The notes: a model not told the origin generated them from the sequence alone. Shown: positions 8,715-17,086, counted from the first letter of the stretch. The stretch is DNA of 40,970 nucleotides from a virus (IMGVR_UViG_3300011438_000017:1-40970), one strand, 5' to 3'. Numbers and translations are program-made.

Positions 8715-8948
8715 CTAGAACGGGATGTCGTCCTCGACCACCACCGGGCCGTGACTCGCGGGGGCCTGGTCGCGCGGCTTCGCCTTCAACACGAGATAGT
8801 CCGGCGCTTTCGATCCCGGCGCCTTCTTGTCGTTGCGGAACACCACGACCGCTTCGCCGTCGATGATCCCCGAGAAGAACTCCCCACGGGCACTCGACTT
8901 GATCCACAACGCGCCCCGCTCGTCTTCGTTCTTTTTGAAGTCACCCAT
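8715..8948 (-). CDS. DUF736-like small protein with SSB-type acidic tail
   Basis: GALW...FFSG.ID...FRN..K...APDY; ends in EDDIPF. Confidence 0.7.
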   Translation of the reverse strand: MGDFKKNEDERGALWIKSSARGEFFSGIIDGEAVVVFRNDKKAPGSKAPDYLVLKAKPRDQAPASHGPVVVEDDIPF

Positions 8949-9493
8949 CACGCCACGTCTCTCCATGCGTCCCCGCGCTTGATGGCACTCACCATCGAGC
9001 GGGTGACTCCGTATTCGGTCGCGATGTTCCCGTGGTGCCGTCTATCGATACGGATGGCGGCAACCTGGGCAATGGTCAACTTCCGCTCACCGTGGCGTCC
9101 CTTCCGAACCATGTCTGAGGAGTTGTCTGCCGGTGTTCCAACACGCAGATGCGACGGGTTCACACATCGCGGGTTGTCGCAGGAATGCAACACCGAGAAC
9201 CCTTCAGGGATCGGCCGGCCGTTCGCCAGCACCCATGAGAACCGATGGGCACGATCCAATCGGCCGTGATGGAAGAATGAGCCGTATCCAGAGGTCTGGC
9301 TAGATGCCGCCCATAGCCAGCATTCATCCTGCCCAGCCAGTTGAACCTTCGCCCAGAACCGTGCGCCATGGTCACGGCTAGGACGCGCCAGCGCAGAGCA
9401 ACTGGTCGAGCAAAAGCGCCTAAGTTTCTCTCGCGAGTTGGCGACCATGAATACACCCTTACACCGCTCGCACGTCCGATGTTCAGGTGTCAC
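8948..9493 (-). CDS. HNH endonuclease with N-terminal Zn finger
   Basis: CWLW...GYG...AHR...VLHSCDNPRCVNPSHL..GT..DN. Confidence 0.92.
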   Translation of the reverse strand: MTPEHRTCERCKGVFMVANSREKLRRFCSTSCSALARPSRDHGARFWAKVQLAGQDECWLWAASSQTSGYGSFFHHGRLDRAHRFSWVLANGRPIPEGFSVLHSCDNPRCVNPSHLRVGTPADNSSDMVRKGRHGERKLTIAQVAAIRIDRRHHGNIATEYGVTRSMVSAIKRGDAWRDVA

Positions 9494-10146
9494 GATTTCC
9501 GCCCCAGCTTTAAGACTTCTTGAACTTCCCTATCGATCTCGTCAAGGAATACCAGCACCTTCGCGAGATACCCACTGAGATCGACGCTGTCTGCTTCTAC
9601 ACGAACCAGAAACGCCTCAAGGCCGGGACCAAACCTAGGGTCATACGACATGAAATCGCACCAGTCCGCGCCCGTCACGAGCAGGTTGTGGATGATCTGG
9701 GGCATGTGGTCCGGCGGCACCACGCCCCCCCGCAGGTACCGGAGATGGGTCGCGCTCTTTGGGCACTTGAATTCGCAGATGCCCTCAAAGTCCCCGACAT
9801 GTCCGTCGAGCGAGCACCCGATCGCGAGGTCGTCATGCGCGAGGAACCCCGTCCGCTGCGCGAGATTGCCCGTCCGCGCCTCGTAGGCTGAGAACGCCGC
9901 GGGTTCCAGCATCACGCCCCGTTCCATCGCGGGCGAGACGAAGCCGTCGTCCTGCACGGTCCCTGTGAGTCGTTCGCAGACCAGTTGCATGCGGAGGTCT
10001 CGCCGTGCGGCCGCTTCCCCGCTCTTGATGGTCGCCAGCATGTCGGCCGCCCGTGAGCCCGTCAGCCGGCCCAAGCGTGCCTGGAACCACTGCTCGCTCC
10101 TTTGTGGCGCATCGATGATGGTGAAGGCACGCGCCGTCGCGATCAC
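9490..10146 (-). CDS. YqaJ/lambda-exonuclease family protein
   Basis: QRSEQWFQARLG..TGS...MERG..LEP...GCSLDG...EFKCP. Confidence 0.93.
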   Translation of the reverse strand: MIATARAFTIIDAPQRSEQWFQARLGRLTGSRAADMLATIKSGEAAARRDLRMQLVCERLTGTVQDDGFVSPAMERGVMLEPAAFSAYEARTGNLAQRTGFLAHDDLAIGCSLDGHVGDFEGICEFKCPKSATHLRYLRGGVVPPDHMPQIIHNLLVTGADWCDFMSYDPRFGPGLEAFLVRVEADSVDLSGYLAKVLVFLDEIDREVQEVLKLGRKS

Positions 10147-10784
10147 GAGGCCACCGCTTTCGGGCTGGCGGTCTTCTTTGCCTCAGCGGTCTTCTTCTCG
10201 GCCAGCGACTTTAACCCCTCCCACCCCGCGTTGTTCGTCAACATGGTGTGATCGCGGTAGTCCTGCTGCGAGTCTTTCCATGCGGTCCTCAACGCCTCAA
10301 TCCCGGTATTCGCGACACCGGACATCTTGGCAAACCACTCCACGTATCCAGCCGGTATGACCGTAGGAAGAGGGGCCACCGTCGCGGGCTTGCCGCGCCC
10401 CTGTGCCGCTTCGGCGTCGTCGTCTTCAGGGGCCACCCCCGCGAACGACTGCAACGCATACCGCCGCAGGTAGGTGACCGCGGATCCGACCGACTGCGGG
10501 CTGTCATCCTTCGCCGTCGCCGTGACCGTGCCGGCCATGAACTGCCCGCTGCTGTGAATGAGCCACGTCTCCAGCGAGACATGCGGGCCATCGGTCGTGG
10601 GCGACTGCACGACCGCAATCCCGTTCGTGGTCAACGCCTCGCGGCACGCCTCGACCACCGCGGCGAGGTCCGCATACTTGCTCTTGAAGAACGGATTCTC
10701 TGCGGACTTGGCCGCCCCATGCATGGCGGCTTGCGCCTTCGCGAGCGCCGACGCGAGTTCGTTGATCTGATCGGAGGTCTGCAT
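10143..10784 (-). CDS. erf: ERF family ssDNA-annealing protein
   Basis: NPFFKSKYADL...GSAVTYLRRYAL...EDDDA. Confidence 0.93.
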   Translation of the reverse strand: MQTSDQINELASALAKAQAAMHGAAKSAENPFFKSKYADLAAVVEACREALTTNGIAVVQSPTTDGPHVSLETWLIHSSGQFMAGTVTATAKDDSPQSVGSAVTYLRRYALQSFAGVAPEDDDAEAAQGRGKPATVAPLPTVIPAGYVEWFAKMSGVANTGIEALRTAWKDSQQDYRDHTMLTNNAGWEGLKSLAEKKTAEAKKTASPKAVAS

Positions 10785-11026
10785 CACGCCGCTCCTGTGC
10801 TGCACTCGTCGGTATGGGGTTCCGTGCCCCACGCCTGACAGTCCGCGCAGACGGACTGCTGCCGCTGCTCGTCGCAGGCATCGCAGATGAAGTCCACACG
10901 CCCCACGGTGTGATACTCCTGGCAGAGGAACTCTGGGTGTCCGTCGTAGTTCTGCTGAATCGCCCCAGCGCACTCGGTCGGGGTGTGGCAGTGCCCACAG
11001 GGATGCTTGTGCGGCTTCACTCTCAT
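10784..11026 (-). CDS. Cys/His-rich hypothetical protein
   Basis: GGAGG RBS, ATGA overlap, several CxxC motifs. Confidence 0.65.
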   Translation of the reverse strand: MRVKPHKHPCGHCHTPTECAGAIQQNYDGHPEFLCQEYHTVGRVDFICDACDEQRQQSVCADCQAWGTEPHTDECSTGAA

Positions 11027-11478
11027 CCAGCCTCCGAGTCGTTCTGGGCCTGTGCCTCGCACACGCCGTCGCAGTAGCCGCTGGTCGTCTCGCGCGGCAG
11101 GGCGCCCCCGCACCACCCGCAGACGGGCGCTTCGCAGTCCGGACAGAGGTCGTCGGCGTCGGCGCCGGTCTCGCGATCCGCCGGCCAGTGCCGGCCGCAG
11201 ACGCGACAGTCGCTCATTGGGGCGCCTCCCACCAGCACGAGCCGCACCCGGGCTGGGAGCGGCGCCGGGGCGGGGTCGTCGGCCATCCGCCACGACCCCG
11301 CCGCCGCGACCGCTAATCGCCCCACCCGCTCAAAAAACAGTTGATCCGCCCACGGCAGGGCGTCATACACGCGCGTGCAGGGGGCGCCCTGCTGCATCTG
11401 CGTCAGGTAATAGAGCGCACTCGCGAGCGCCCGCAGCCGCCCCGCTTCGCTGTCAAGGTCGTGGGCGCCGTCACGCAT
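11023..11478 (-). CDS. Hypothetical protein with C-terminal Zn fingers
   Basis: Start at the TGATG overlap; second in-frame start with GGAGG at 11217. Confidence 0.6.
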   Translation of the reverse strand: MRDGAHDLDSEAGRLRALASALYYLTQMQQGAPCTRVYDALPWADQLFFERVGRLAVAAAGSWRMADDPAPAPLPARVRLVLVGGAPMSDCRVCGRHWPADRETGADADDLCPDCEAPVCGWCGGALPRETTSGYCDGVCEAQAQNDSEAG

Positions 11479-11606
11479 CACGGACCCTCGTCCACGTCGT
11501 CGGCCTCGCCGCCGGCCGCAATGGCTTTGGCGACACACCAGACGACGACGCTGTAGATCGCCAACACGATGAAGACCGCGACGATCGCCCAGGGGTTGGT
11601 GATCAC
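11478..11606 (-). CDS. 42-aa single-pass membrane peptide
   Basis: MITNPWAIVAVFIVLAIYSVVVWCVAKAIAAGGEADDVDEGP; overlapped at both ends. Confidence 0.6.
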   Translation of the reverse strand: MITNPWAIVAVFIVLAIYSVVVWCVAKAIAAGGEADDVDEGP

Positions 11607-11878
11607 GACGCTCGCCCCGCCCGCCACGCCGTCGCCTTGCGGCCAAACACCGGCCGGTCGAGCGGCTCGCCCTGCACGTAGCGATGGACTTTGAACCCGG
11701 AGAAACAGCGCGGCCCGATCGCGGGCGAGACTTTTAAAAAGTCAAAGGCGCCCTGCGCGTTCAACACCGCGAAGCGGCTATGGCCGATCCCGCAGAGCGC
11801 GGCAATGTCGCGCGGCCCTAAGAGTTCGCCCGCCGCGGCCCGCGCGAGTACCTCCGCGCGATCAGTCACTGCCGCCAC
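11603..11878 (-). CDS. AlpA/excisionase-like protein
   Basis: LLGPRDIAALCGIGHSRF...; follows cro; AGGAGG RBS. Confidence 0.65.
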   Translation of the reverse strand: MAAVTDRAEVLARAAAGELLGPRDIAALCGIGHSRFAVLNAQGAFDFLKVSPAIGPRCFSGFKVHRYVQGEPLDRPVFGRKATAWRAGRAS

Positions 11879-12107
11879 GGGCGCCTCCTTCGTCGGGAAA
11901 TAGATCCGCCGGATGCCGCGCCAACGCCAACGCTAACGCCTCGCATTCCGGCGCCGTGGGTTTCCGCGCCCCGCGCACGATCCGGCACAGCCGCGTCCGC
12001 TCGATCCCCGCCCGTTGCGCGATCTGCGCCTGCGTCGTCCCACTATCCAGAATGGCAATGGCGAGCGCCCGCCGCCGACGCACGTATATCTGCGAGTTCG
12101 TCGCCAT
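11862..12107 (-). CDS. Cro-like XRE HTH regulator
   Basis: TQAQIAQRAGIERTRLCRIVRG...LF; divergent from the cI-like gene. Confidence 0.85.
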   Translation of the reverse strand: MATNSQIYVRRRRALAIAILDSGTTQAQIAQRAGIERTRLCRIVRGARKPTAPECEALALALARHPADLFPDEGGARGGSD

Positions 12108-12115
12108 TAGTCGCG

Positions 12116-12143
12116 AGTCTAGCACTTACATGCTGCTAGTCAA
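12116..12143 (-). promoter_or_regulatory. PR-like promoter overlapped by an inverted-repeat operator
   Basis: TTGACT-16-TAGACT; CTAGCA-N9-TGCTAG at 12119-12139; cro ATG is 8 nt after the -10. Confidence 0.65.
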
Positions 12144-12249
12144 GCCCCTTTGCTTGCAAATGCCGCCACTTTATTACTACGCTGACCGCCGCATGCCTAG
12201 TAAGTCATTGCTAGCACCTTCCGTCCGTCCGAGTCCTATACTGCTGGGA

Positions 12250-12699
12250 ATGCCAGGCCCTTGGGGCACCGCGATACAGCGGCTGCGGCTTGCTCGCGGC
12301 TGGACACGTGAGCGTGCTGCGGCCAGAGCTAAAATGACGGCGACCACGTTCGGGCGCCTGGAACGGGGGCGCCATACCCGCACTGAAAAACTCCAAGCCG
12401 TCGCGGACGCCTTCGAGGTGCCGCTTGAGCACGTCCTCCAGACCCCCGGCACCGAAGCCCACAGCAGCGACGTCGAGCAGTTGCTCCAACGCAAGATCCG
12501 CGAGGCGATCCGCGAAGAGGTCGCCGCCCTGCGGGCCGTTGTCCTTGAAGCCGCGGCGGTCCCTCTCGTCTCCCCCGCCGCGCGTGAACGCGCCGCCCTC
12601 GCGAGAGGCAAACAGGCCGGCTATGACTACGCCAACGCCACCGTCGAAGCCGTCGCGCGGAAACCGCATCGCAAGCCGAACCGAAAAGTCAACGGGTAG
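12250..12699 (+). CDS. CI-like XRE repressor without an S24 peptidase domain
   Basis: IQRLRLARGWTRERAAARAKMTATTFGRLERG; TATACT (12237-12242) lies 7 nt before the ATG. Alternative start at 12193. Confidence 0.85.
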   Translation: MPGPWGTAIQRLRLARGWTRERAAARAKMTATTFGRLERGRHTRTEKLQAVADAFEVPLEHVLQTPGTEAHSSDVEQLLQRKIREAIREEVAALRAVVLEAAAVPLVSPAARERAALARGKQAGYDYANATVEAVARKPHRKPNRKVNG

Positions 12700-12823
12700 C
12701 CCCAGCCGTTTTTCACAGCAATTTATTTACGAATGATCTGGTTGAGCTAGTTGCGCCCCATCGGGTTTCCCCTTACAGTCTGTGCAACGGCTTGCACATT
12801 CTCTCTGCGGGGGAGGCTCGGTG

Positions 12824-13090
12824 ATGGCTCACTTGTTGGCGTTCGACGCTCCAATTCGACTCGCTCCGCGCCCGTCTGCCGCCCGCACGCACTCGGCGGA
12901 AATGGCCTTCCTGCACCACCACCAGCCGCGCCTGTATGACTACGTCATGCAGATCACCCACATCTACGCCACCACGCTGGCCGAGGAACTGCGCCCCCCC
13001 CCGGATCGCGGCCGCCTCGCACGCCTCGCCACGATCGGCCGCCCCCGTCCCGTCGCCGCCCGCGTCAAACGCAAGCGCCCCCGTCCGTAA
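12824..13090 (+). CDS. Hypothetical protein
   Basis: GGAGG RBS; Arg-rich tail. Confidence 0.6.
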   Translation: MAHLLAFDAPIRLAPRPSAARTHSAEMAFLHHHQPRLYDYVMQITHIYATTLAEELRPPPDRGRLARLATIGRPRPVAARVKRKRPRP

Positions 13091-13120
13091 CCGGTCCCGT
13101 CGTCATCCGTCGTCATCCGG

Positions 13121-13150
13121 TTGACGAGAACCTAAGCGGTCGGGTATCCT
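13121..13150 (+). promoter_or_regulatory. Promoter for the integrase operon
   Basis: TTGACG-18-TATCCT, with an ATG 7 nt downstream. Confidence 0.55.
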
Positions 13151-13157
13151 CCGTGGC

Positions 13158-13301
13158 ATGCGACGAATCCGATCCGTTGACGTGACCGCCGCCGCCGCCC
13201 TGCTCGGCCGCCGCGGGGGCCTCGTCACGTCCCCGAAGAAAGCCAAGAGCAGCGCGGCCAACGGCAAGAAGGGCGGGCGCCCGCGGAAGGTGAAGGCATG
13301 A
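13158..13301 (+). CDS. 47-aa basic protein with AT-hook-like motif
   Basis: MRRIRSVDVTAAAALLGRRGGLVTSPKKAKSSAANGKKGGRPRKVKA; ATGA-coupled to int. Confidence 0.7.
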   Translation: MRRIRSVDVTAAAALLGRRGGLVTSPKKAKSSAANGKKGGRPRKVKA

Positions 13302-14518
13302 AACAGACTCGCACGCGCATTGCCAAAAACGTCTACCGGTACGCGGATGGACGCTACGAAGTACTCCTCCGCGCCGCGGGCCGCATCGCCCCGCCCACGC
13401 GGTTTCCGGCCGACACCCCAGAAACCCAGGTGAAGAAGTGGGCGGCACAGGCCCGCCTGCGCCTCCACAAAGAAGCGCACGATCTCCACCGCGCCGACTT
13501 CGATCGGCCCCCTTCGACGGCCCGCACCGGTACGCTTCGCACGGAGGCGCCCGATTACGCCGCGCAGATCGGTGGACGCCCAAGCACCGCCGCCGACGTC
13601 TCACACCTCCGCGCCTGGTTCGAGCTTCGCATCGACGGTGTGCTACTGGGCGATCTCCCGCTGACGGCATGGACGACGGCGCACGTCAACAAGGCGATCA
13701 GCACCTGGCAGACGGCGCCATCGCCGCACGCCATCCGTCGCGTCCGCATCACCCGCTACGCTCGGAAGGGACGGGCGATCGAGCCCCACGAACGCCGCGC
13801 CCCGGCGACGAGCGGGCGCGTCGTCTCGGCGTTGACGATCCGCCATCGCTGCCGCGTGCTGCAAGACTTCTTCAGGACAAAGGACGGGAAGAAAGCGCCG
13901 ACACCCGTAGACGACGCCAAGGTACCAGCCCGTCACCTGAACCCGCCGCCCACGGTGCCCGTGGAACTCGTCCGATCCGTGCTTGAGCGGTTGAGTACCG
14001 TGGACGCCCAGACGTTCGCGCGGTTCTACGTCGCCGCCACCACCGGGCAGCGTCCCTACCAGATCGGCATCGCGCAGCCAGACGATCTGCGCTTCGACGG
14101 GCGCCGCGGTGTGTGGCTTGTCCGCAACGCGAAAGGGGAACCCGCGCACTCGATCGTCCTGAACCCGTCGCAGATGTCCGCATGGCAGGCGTTCATCGCC
14201 GCCGACGCCTGGGGCGCCTTCAACACGACGCACTACGGCAACGTGATCCACCGTGCTGGCTGGCCGCACGGCATCCGCCCCTACGCGGTGCGCCACTCGA
14301 TCGCGCGTGAAGCCTTGCAACGCGGCGCGAGTCTCAGCGACGTGCAGGTACTGCTCGGCCACCGCGATCCCAACACCACGCGCGGCACCTATGCGCCGTT
14401 CCAAGTGGAAGAGCAACAGAGCATCAGCACCCGCCTCGCGCCCTACCTCGCTGACGTGCTGAAGCCCCGACTCGCACGGCCGGGGGCAAAAACGAGGGGC
14501 AAAGTCCCGCCCGGATAA
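13298..14518 (+). CDS. int: Tyrosine integrase
   Basis: TTGQR..I, K in RNAKG, YAVRHS, LLGH, and catalytic Y in TTRGTYA; adjacent to attP. Confidence 0.92.
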   Translation: MKQTRTRIAKNVYRYADGRYEVLLRAAGRIAPPTRFPADTPETQVKKWAAQARLRLHKEAHDLHRADFDRPPSTARTGTLRTEAPDYAAQIGGRPSTAADVSHLRAWFELRIDGVLLGDLPLTAWTTAHVNKAISTWQTAPSPHAIRRVRITRYARKGRAIEPHERRAPATSGRVVSALTIRHRCRVLQDFFRTKDGKKAPTPVDDAKVPARHLNPPPTVPVELVRSVLERLSTVDAQTFARFYVAATTGQRPYQIGIAQPDDLRFDGRRGVWLVRNAKGEPAHSIVLNPSQMSAWQAFIAADAWGAFNTTHYGNVIHRAGWPHGIRPYAVRHSIAREALQRGASLSDVQVLLGHRDPNTTRGTYAPFQVEEQQSISTRLAPYLADVLKPRLARPGAKTRGKVPPG

Positions 14519-14564
14519 AACAAGGTAGAGCTGGTTTTTCTAGGAAAAAAGTGGAAGGCGACAG

Positions 14565-14606
14565 AACGGCCGGTTTGCCCCTGACGGGAGGCGAGCCGGC
14601 CGTTTT
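14565..14606 (+). terminator. Terminator after int
   Basis: AACGGCCGGTTTGCC pairs with GGCGAGCCGGCCGTT (G-U pairs on +), ending in a T run. Confidence 0.65.
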
Positions 14607-14638
14607 GCGTGAAATTGTTAGGGAATCTGAGAAAAGGT

Positions 14639-14687
14639 TGGTTGCGGGGGCGGGATTTGAACCCGCGACCTTTGGGTTATGAGCCCA
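14639..14687 (-). other. attP core: 3' half of tRNA-fMet(CAT)
   Basis: TGGGCTCATAACCCAAAGGTCGCGGGTTCAAATCCCGCCCCCGCAACCA covers the anticodon arm, T arm and CCA. No 5' half. Confidence 0.92.
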
Positions 14688-14762
14688 CAAGGTCGGCCAT
14701 AAATATCACGATTTGCTAATATTTCAGCCTCTCTCTAGCGGGGGCAAAGTGGGGGCAAACTT

Positions 14763-14933
14763 TTACGACGCTTTCGGCTGCTCTGTCGGCCGCGGCGGCA
14801 CCCTGAACACCTTCCCGCAGACGGCGCAGTAGAACAGCCGCCCGTCGATCCACTCCACGAGTTTGCCCTCGCCGCAATACGGGCACGTCGGATCCGGTTC
14901 CTGCGTCGAGGCGTGCCAGTTCAACGGCGTCAT
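14763..14933 (-). CDS. 56-aa Zn-ribbon protein
   Basis: MTPLNWHASTQEPDPTCPYCGEGKLVEWIDGRLFYCAVCGKVF...; ATGA overlap. Confidence 0.7.
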   Translation of the reverse strand: MTPLNWHASTQEPDPTCPYCGEGKLVEWIDGRLFYCAVCGKVFRVPPRPTEQPKAS

Positions 14934-15202
14934 GTGTTAGGCAGTCCCTCGCCCGCATACGGCAGCAGGAACACAGCCCCCGCCGCGCCCGCGGGCGCAT
15001 AGACGATCCGATCCGGGTGCAGCACCCCGACCTCACACGGCCCTTGCGTGCCAGGGGGGCGCAGTTCCACGGCGCCGGTCGGCTGCACCGAGACCACGGT
15101 CCCGGCCGCCGGGGGATACGTCACCGTCACCCAACGCCCCGTGTCGATCGTCGGGGGCAACGGCCCGAAGATCGGCCACAGCCGCGGGGGGCGCTTAGAC
15201 AA
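14930..15202 (-). CDS. Small beta-rich protein, paralogue of 15348-15662
   Basis: 34/58 identical core residues by manual alignment. Confidence 0.7.
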   Translation of the reverse strand: MSKRPPRLWPIFGPLPPTIDTGRWVTVTYPPAAGTVVSVQPTGAVELRPPGTQGPCEVGVLHPDRIVYAPAGAAGAVFLLPYAGEGLPNT

Positions 15203-15338
15203 GGAACAACGTGGCGATCCAGCAGGCTAGGCCCGCGGACTGCAAGTTACAGCGCGGCGGCGACGGCACGCCGAGGGCGCTCAACACGAAGCACACGAAG
15301 CCAAACACGAGGAGCAGGAGACGGAGCGTCGGCATCAT
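15195..15338 (-). CDS. 47-aa two-TM protein, holin candidate
   Basis: MMPTLRLLLLVFGFVCFVLSALGVPSPPRCNLQSAGLACWIATLFLV; GAGGT RBS. Confidence 0.6.
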   Translation of the reverse strand: MMPTLRLLLLVFGFVCFVLSALGVPSPPRCNLQSAGLACWIATLFLV

Positions 15339-15347
15339 GGGGCTACC

Positions 15348-15662
15348 TCACACGATCGGGATCGTGTCCGTGAACGGGATCAGAAACGCGGTGCCGGCCG
15401 CGCCGAGTGGCGCGTAGACGAGACGATCGGGGAGCAGCACCGCCAGCTCGAACGCGCCACACGCGCCCACTGGGCGGCACTCGATCGTGCCGTCCGGTTG
15501 CATCGAGAGCACGGTGTCGCTCCCCACGGGATAGGTCACCGTCACGAGACCATCCGCCCGTTCGTTGATCTGCTGGGGGCCGATCGCCGCGATCACCTCC
15601 AGCACCGGAGGGGGCGTGAGTTGCTCGAAGGCCCGCCGTCTAGCCGGCCGCACCGTCCGCAT
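15348..15662 (-). CDS. Small beta-rich protein, paralogue of 14930-15202
   Basis: VTVTYP..TVLSMQPDG.IE.RP.G..G..E..VL.PDR.VYAP. Confidence 0.75.
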   Translation of the reverse strand: MRTVRPARRRAFEQLTPPPVLEVIAAIGPQQINERADGLVTVTYPVGSDTVLSMQPDGTIECRPVGACGAFELAVLLPDRLVYAPLGAAGTAFLIPFTDTIPIV

Positions 15663-15664
15663 GG

Positions 15665-15862
15665 CTAGGGTTGTCGCCGCTTGGGCCGCGCCGTGGGCGG
15701 GAGATCCTGATTCGGCCGCTCGTCGCCACCCGGTCGATCCGGGTGCGCCGGATGATCCGGCCCATCGGGGCGCTCCGGGAGCGGCAGATCCTGATTGGGC
15801 GCGTCGTCGTCCACGGGCGGATCGCGGGGGTCAGTCGGTGTCATGGTCTGGTTCCTTTCCAT
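15665..15862 (-). CDS. Pro/Asp-rich disordered peptide
   Basis: PNQDLP occurs twice. Likely start is MTPTDP, after an AAGGA RBS. Confidence 0.55.
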   Translation of the reverse strand: MERNQTMTPTDPRDPPVDDDAPNQDLPLPERPDGPDHPAHPDRPGGDERPNQDLPPTARPKRRQP

Positions 15863-15872
15863 AGGGGCGCGG

Positions 15873-17081
15873 TTAGCCGCGCACGTTGAGGTCGATGAGT
15901 GGACCGATGAGGCCGCGCCACTTCCCAGGCCGCGTCTGGCGTGAGAACGCCGTCACACGCGCCTCGCCCGCGAGACGGCCATTGCCCGTGCCGATCACGC
16001 CGACGACACCCGCCGGTCCTGTTGAGCGCGGCGTCCGTAGCGCCCAGGTGCCCCAGGTGTCGCCCTCTGCTTCCGACAATCCCTCGAAACACTGATCCAT
16101 CGCGGTCAGTTCCCACGCCACGAGGTCGAAGGGATGCCCGAAGCCGGAATCCGGCGGCACGAAGAAGTGACCGGCGAATCGTTCGAGGACATCCTGAAGG
16201 CCGCCTGACGACTCGCGGTACTCCTGCGGGGTCGTGCCTAAAATCCTCTGGTGCAACGTGCCTGTGAGCTTGCCGACTTGGAGCTTCCAAAAATCTGCGA
16301 AGAACTTGTTCTCCTGCTGATAGCTCGAATAGCCCTGTTGAAAATGCGTGTAGACGCGGCAACCAAATTGCACGAAGCGAGGCGCAATCGCATCGATCAG
16401 TTCCTGCACTTGCGTCGGGTTCAACCAGAGCGAAAGTTCCCAGCCGATGCAGCAGCGTGGGAGCAGACCGATCATCAACTGCACCGTGCGCTCGATGCCC
16501 GCGAGAATCGTCGGCACGTCTGGCGGATCGAAATCCTTGGAGCACCAGAAGACACAGACGTGAAAACCGTCGTTCAATAACTCGACCACGATGTCGCGGA
16601 AACTCTCCGGTGAATGGCCGAAGGCGCGGGCATCGGGCCACGAGAGCACCACATCGACGTAGCGGGAGGGATGCTGCGTCCACGACGCGCGAATCCGTGC
16701 GCGGTCACTCGGACTGTAGCGGTCGTACAGCCACGAGAGCACGAGCGTGGGATCCGGCGGTCCCCACGAGAGCAGCGGGAGTCCCGGCACATGGATGCCG
16801 CACATCTGACCATTCCACTCGCGCGGGGCTTGTACGAATTGCCCCGGCGGGACCGGCGTCGGACCTGGGTCCGGTGGCGTCGGTGTCGTGCCGAGGGCCG
16901 TCTGCAACGCGGCCAGGTGCTTCTGACGCGAGGCCGGATAGCCCATCGACACCGCGTCAAACTGCATCCGCGCCACCCAGACGCCACCGGCCGAGTTCCA
17001 CGTCTGCCCTGCGTCGGCATACGCTTTATCGGCGTCACCGATAAACGCGATGACCTGTGCTTCGTCGTAGGGATAGGCCAT
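15873..17081 (-). CDS. Modular protein (helical N-domain, Pro/Thr linker, alpha/beta domain); endolysin candidate
   Basis: Linker TTPTPPDPGPTPVPP; motifs CIGWELS and LVAWELT; lies after the ejection genes and before the holin candidate. Confidence 0.55.
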   Translation of the reverse strand: MAYPYDEAQVIAFIGDADKAYADAGQTWNSAGGVWVARMQFDAVSMGYPASRQKHLAALQTALGTTPTPPDPGPTPVPPGQFVQAPREWNGQMCGIHVPGLPLLSWGPPDPTLVLSWLYDRYSPSDRARIRASWTQHPSRYVDVVLSWPDARAFGHSPESFRDIVVELLNDGFHVCVFWCSKDFDPPDVPTILAGIERTVQLMIGLLPRCCIGWELSLWLNPTQVQELIDAIAPRFVQFGCRVYTHFQQGYSSYQQENKFFADFWKLQVGKLTGTLHQRILGTTPQEYRESSGGLQDVLERFAGHFFVPPDSGFGHPFDLVAWELTAMDQCFEGLSEAEGDTWGTWALRTPRSTGPAGVVGVIGTGNGRLAGEARVTAFSRQTRPGKWRGLIGPLIDLNVRG

Positions 17082-17086
17082 AAGCA

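Larger units (their letters stand above)
14483..14759 (+). repeat. Integrase arm-type sites (GGGGCAAA x4)
   Basis: Direct-repeat pairs at 14483 and 14496, and at 14741 and 14752, flanking the att core. Confidence 0.75.

Noticed and set aside
14639-14720. Functional tRNA-Met gene
   Set aside because: The 5' acceptor strand and D arm are absent; it is an att core only.
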